Below are positions 60,101 to 64,000 of a stretch of 64,000 nucleotides of DNA, in pieces. Position numbers and translations under genes: made by a program. The DNA lies in assembly GCA_964016885.1 (NCBI GenBank), contig OZ024740.1, positions 28,210,001 through 28,274,000 of the forward strand. Reading direction: 5' to 3'. A model generated the notes under the pieces. That model was not told the origin of the DNA. It did not search any database and saw only the letters and a list, made by a program, of their open reading frames with translations. The stretch comes from Eledone cirrhosa (taxonomy: Eukaryota). Numbering within the stretch: position 1 is the first letter of the stretch; every line of letters begins with the position of its first letter.

Positions 60101-63100
60101 TGAGTATATGTGATTTTCCTGACTATATGTGATTTTCCTGAGTATATGTGATTTCCCTGACTATATGTGATTTTCCTGAGTATATGTAATTTCCCTGAGT
60201 ATATGTGATTTTCCTGAGTATATGTGATCTCCTGACTATATGTGATTTTCCCGAGTATATGTGATTTCCCTGACTATATGTGATTTCCCTGAGTATATGT
60301 GATTTTCCTGAGTATATGTGATTTTCCTGTGTATATGTGATTTCCCTGACTATATGTGATTTTCATGATTATATGTGATCTTCCTGAGTATATGTGATTT
60401 TCCTGAGTATATGTGATTTCCTTGAGTATATGAGATTTTCCTGAGTATATGTGATTTTCATGACTATATGTGATTTTCCTGAGTATATGTGATCTTTCTG
60501 AGTATATGTGATTTTCCTGAGTATAGGCGATTTTCCTGAGTATATGTTATTTCCCTGAATATATGTGATTTTCCTGAATATATGTGATTTTCCTGAGTAT
60601 ATGTTATTTCCCTGAATATATGTGATTTTCCTTAGTATATGTGATTTTCCTGTGTATATATGATTTTCCTGAGTATATGTGATTTTCATGAGTATATGTG
60701 AATTCCCTGAGTATATGAGATTTTCATGAGTATATGTGATTTCACTAGGTATATGTGATTTTCCTGACTATATTTGATTTTCCTGACTATATGTGATTTT
60801 CCTGAGTATATGTGATTTTCCTGAGTATATGTGATTTCCCTGAGTATATGTGATTTTCCTGAGTATTTGTGATTTTCCTGACTGTATGTGTTTTCCTGAC
60901 TATATGTGATTTTCCTGAGTATATGTGATTTTCCTGACTATATGTGATTTTCCTGAGTATATGTAATTTCCCTGAGTATATGTGATTTTCCTGAGTATAT
61001 GTGATCTCCTGACTATATGTGATTTTCCTGAGTATATGTGATTTCCCTGACTATATGTGATTTCCCTGAGTATATGTGATTTTCCTGAGTATATGTGATT
61101 TTCCTGAGTATATGTGATTTCCCTGACTATATGTGATTTTCGTGATTATATGTGATCTTCCTGAGTATATGTGATTTTCCTAAGTATATGTGATTTCCCT
61201 GAGTATATGTGATTTTCCTGAGTATATGTGATTTTCATCACTATATGTGATTTTCCTGAGTATATGTGATTTTCATGACTATGTGATTTTCCTGACAATA
61301 TGTGATTTTCCTGAGTATATGTGATTTTCCTGAGTATATGAGATTTTCCTGAGTATATGTGATTTTCTTGAGTATATGTGATTTTCCTGAGGATATGTCA
61401 TTTCCCTGAGTATATGTGATTTTCCTGACTATTTGTGATTTTCCTGACTATGTGATTTTCTTGACTATATGTGATTTTCCTGAGTATATGTGATTTTCCT
61501 GACTATATGTGATTTTCCTGAGTATATAAAATTTCCCTGAGTATATGTGATTTTCCTGAGTATATGTGATTTTCCTGACTATATGTGCTTTTCCTGAGTA
61601 TATGTGATTTTCCTGACTATTCGTGATTTTCCTGACTATGTGATTTTCTTGACTATATGTGATTTTCCTGAGTATATATGATTTTCCTGACTATATGTGA
61701 TTTTCCTGAGTATATAAAATTTCCCTGAGTATATGTGATTTTCCTGAGTATATGTGATTTTCCTGACTATATGTGATTTTCCTGAGTATATGTGATTTCC
61801 CTGACTATATGTGATTTTCCTGAGTATATGTAATTTCCCTGAGTATATGTGATTTTCCTGAGTATATGTGATTTCCCTGACTATATGTGATTTTCATGAT
61901 TATATGTGATCTTCCTGAGTATATGTGATTTTCCTGAGTATATGTGATTTCCCTGAGTATATGTGATTTTCATGAGTATATGTGATTTTCCTGAGTATAC
62001 GTGATTTTCATGACTATGTGATTTTCCTGACAATATGTGATTTTCCTGAGTATATGTGATTTTCCTGAGTATGTGTGATTTTACTGAGTATATGTGATTT
62101 TCTTGAGTATATGTGATTTTCCTGAGTATATGTGATTTCCCTGAGTATATGTGATTTTCCTGACTATTTGTGATTTTCCTGACTATGTGATTTTCTTGAC
62201 TATATGTGATTTTCCTGAGTATATGTGATTTTCATGAGTATATGTGATATTCCTGAGTATATGTGATTTTCCTGACTATATGTGATTTTCCTGAGTATAT
62301 GTGATCTTCCTGAGTATATGTGATTTTCCTGACTATATGTGATTTTCCTGAGTATATGTGATTTCCCTGACTATATGTGATTTTCCTGAGTATATGTAAT
62401 TTCCCTGAGTATATGTGATTTTCCTGAGTATATGTGATTTCCCTGACTATATGTGATTTTCATGATTATATGTGATCTTCCTGAGTATATGTGATTTTCC
62501 TGAGTATATGTGATTTCCCTGAGTATATGTGATTTTCATGAGTATATGTGATTTTCCTGAGTATACGTGATTTTCATGACTATGTGATTTTCCTGACAAT
62601 ATGTGATTTTCCTGAGTATATGTGATTTTCCTGAGTATGTGTGATTTTACTGAGTATATGTGATTTTCTTGAGTATATGTGATTTTCCTGAGTATATGTG
62701 ATTTCCCTGAGTATATGTGATTTTCCTGACTATTTGTGATTTTCCTGACTATGTGATTTTCTTGACTATATGTGATTTTCCTGAGTATATGTGATTTTCA
62801 TGAGTATATGTGATATTCCTGAGTATATGTGATTTTCCTGACTATATGTGATTTTCCTGAGTATATGTGATCTTCCTGAGTATATGTGATTTTCCTGAGT
62901 ATATGCGATTTTCCTGAGTATATGTGATTTTCCTGAGTATATGAAATTTCCCTGAGTATATGTGATTTTCCTGACTATTTGTGATTTTCCTGACTATGTG
63001 ATTTTCTTGACTATATGTGATTTTCCTGAGTATATGTGATTTTCCTGACTATATGTGATTTTCCTGAGTATATAAAATTTCCCTGAGTATATGTGATTTT

Positions 63101-64000
63101 CCTGAGTATATGTGATTTTCCTGACTATATGTGATTTTCCTGAGTATATGTGATTTCCCTGACTATATGTGATTTTCCTGAGTATATGTAATTTCCCTGA
63201 GTATATGTGATTTTCCTGAGTATATGTGATCTCCTGACTATATGTGATTTTCCTGAGTATATGTGATTTCCCTGACTATATGTGATTTCCTTGAGTATAT
63301 GTGATTTTCCTGAGTATATGTGATTTTTCTGTGTATATGTGATTTCCCTGACTATATGTGATTTTCATGATTATATGTGATCTTCCTGAGTATATGTGAT
63401 TTTCCTGAGTATATGTGATTTCCTTGAGTATATGTGATTTTCCTGAGTATATGTGATTTTCATGACTATATGTGATTTTCCTGAGTATATGTGATCTTTC
63501 TGAGTATATGTGATTTTCCTGAGTATAGGCGATTTTCCTGAGTATATGTTATTTCCCTGAATATATGTGATTTTCCTGAATATATGTGATTTTCCTGAGT
63601 ATATGTTATTTCCCTGACTATATGTGATTTTCCTGAGTATATGTGATTTCCCTGACTATAGGTGATTTTCCTGAGTATATGTAATTTCCCTGAGAATATG
63701 TGATTTTCCTCAGTATATGTGATTTTCTTGAGTATATGTGATTTTCCTGAGTATATGTGATTTCCCTGAGTATATGTGATTTTCCTGACTATTTGTGATT
63801 TTCCTGACTATGTGATTTTCTTGACTATATGTGATTTTCCTGAGTATATGTGATTTTGCTGACTATATGTGATTTTCCTGAGTATATGTGATTTTCCTGA
63901 CTTTATGTGATTTTCCTGAGTATATGTGATTTTCATGACTATATGTGATTTTCCTGAGTATATGTGATTTTCATGACTATATGTGATTTTCCTGACAATA
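42940..64000. repeat. Right HOR domain, about 6.2-6.3 kb unit with truncated 4587- and 3626-bp copies
   Basis: CACTAGG marker at 46353, 50940, 54566 and 60743 (spacings 4587, 3626, 6177). GACTATAGGTG marker G at 42960, 57388 and 63661 (spacings 14428, 6273). Confidence 0.88.

Larger units (their letters stand above)
1..64000. repeat. Tandem satellite array, 19-bp monomer TGAGTATATGTGATTTTCC (reverse complement GGAAAATCACATATACTCA), about 3,400 copies, head-to-tail, truncated at both window edges
   Basis: The monomer is readable on every line from base 1 to 64000 with no inversion or unique insert. Common variants are GAGTA>GACTA, TTTTCC>TTTCCC, TTTTCC>TCTTCC, CCTG>CATG/CTTG, plus 17- and 18-bp deletion monomers. 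The ORF track shows the 19-aa period SGKSHILRKITYTQENHIY (3 x 19 nt = 57 nt). Confidence 0.99.

Noticed and set aside
29-60689. All minus-strand ORFs (61-252 aa) as protein-coding genes
   Set aside because: They are the 19-bp repeat translated. They overlap in several frames with the same peptide, starts and stops come from single variant monomers, frameshifting 17/18-bp monomers are common, and there is no unique domain or codon-position pattern.
1-64000. CRISPR array
   Set aside because: Monomers abut directly with no unique spacers, the unit is only 19 bp, and there is no leader or cas gene.
1-64000. Telomerase-synthesised telomeric repeat with a long unit
   Set aside because: The unit lacks a G-run-rich strand, and variant patterns are copied at kb periods, which indicates recombination or duplication rather than template-by-template addition. 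A recombination-maintained terminal array cannot be excluded without chromosomal context.
1-64000. C2H2 zinc-finger array suggested by the SGK..H..H spacing of the peptide
   Set aside because: Cysteines are almost absent, there is no TGEKPY linker or 28-aa period, and the 19-nt DNA period is not a codon multiple.
1-64000. Relation to 171-bp alpha satellite (9 x 19 = 171) or nucleosome-length phasing
   Set aside because: This is a numerical coincidence. I see no 9-monomer periodicity of variants, no alpha-satellite similarity and no CENP-B box.
1-64000. Plasmid or phage iterons, or an embedded mobile element or inversion
   Set aside because: Iterons occur as a handful of copies next to a rep gene, whereas this is thousands of copies with no gene. 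No reverse-orientation monomers (GGAAAATCAC on the + strand), terminal repeats or unique inserts were seen.

Overview
The whole 64 kb window is one uninterrupted, single-orientation tandem satellite array of a 19-bp monomer (+ strand consensus TGAGTATATGTGATTTTCC; 9 T, 4 A, 4 G, 2 C, about 32% GC; roughly 3,400 monomers). It runs off both ends. I see no unique sequence, gene, transposon, RNA gene or CRISPR spacer. All listed ORFs are translations of the repeat: the minus-strand consensus is stop-free and cycles through a 19-aa period. The information lies in the variant monomers. They define recurring sub-modules of a few hundred bp and kilobase-scale higher-order repeats (HORs) whose period changes along the array (about 1.6, 2.0, 0.9, 4.0-5.0, 4.7/2.1 and 3.6-6.3 kb). 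Some diagnostic variants are shared by the left and right parts but absent from the middle, which suggests layered expansion. This looks like eukaryotic heterochromatic (centromeric, pericentromeric or subtelomeric) satellite DNA, but neither the organism nor the function can be determined from the sequence. I found no support for a novel gene-based system. Domain boundaries are approximate and marker presence or absence was judged by eye.
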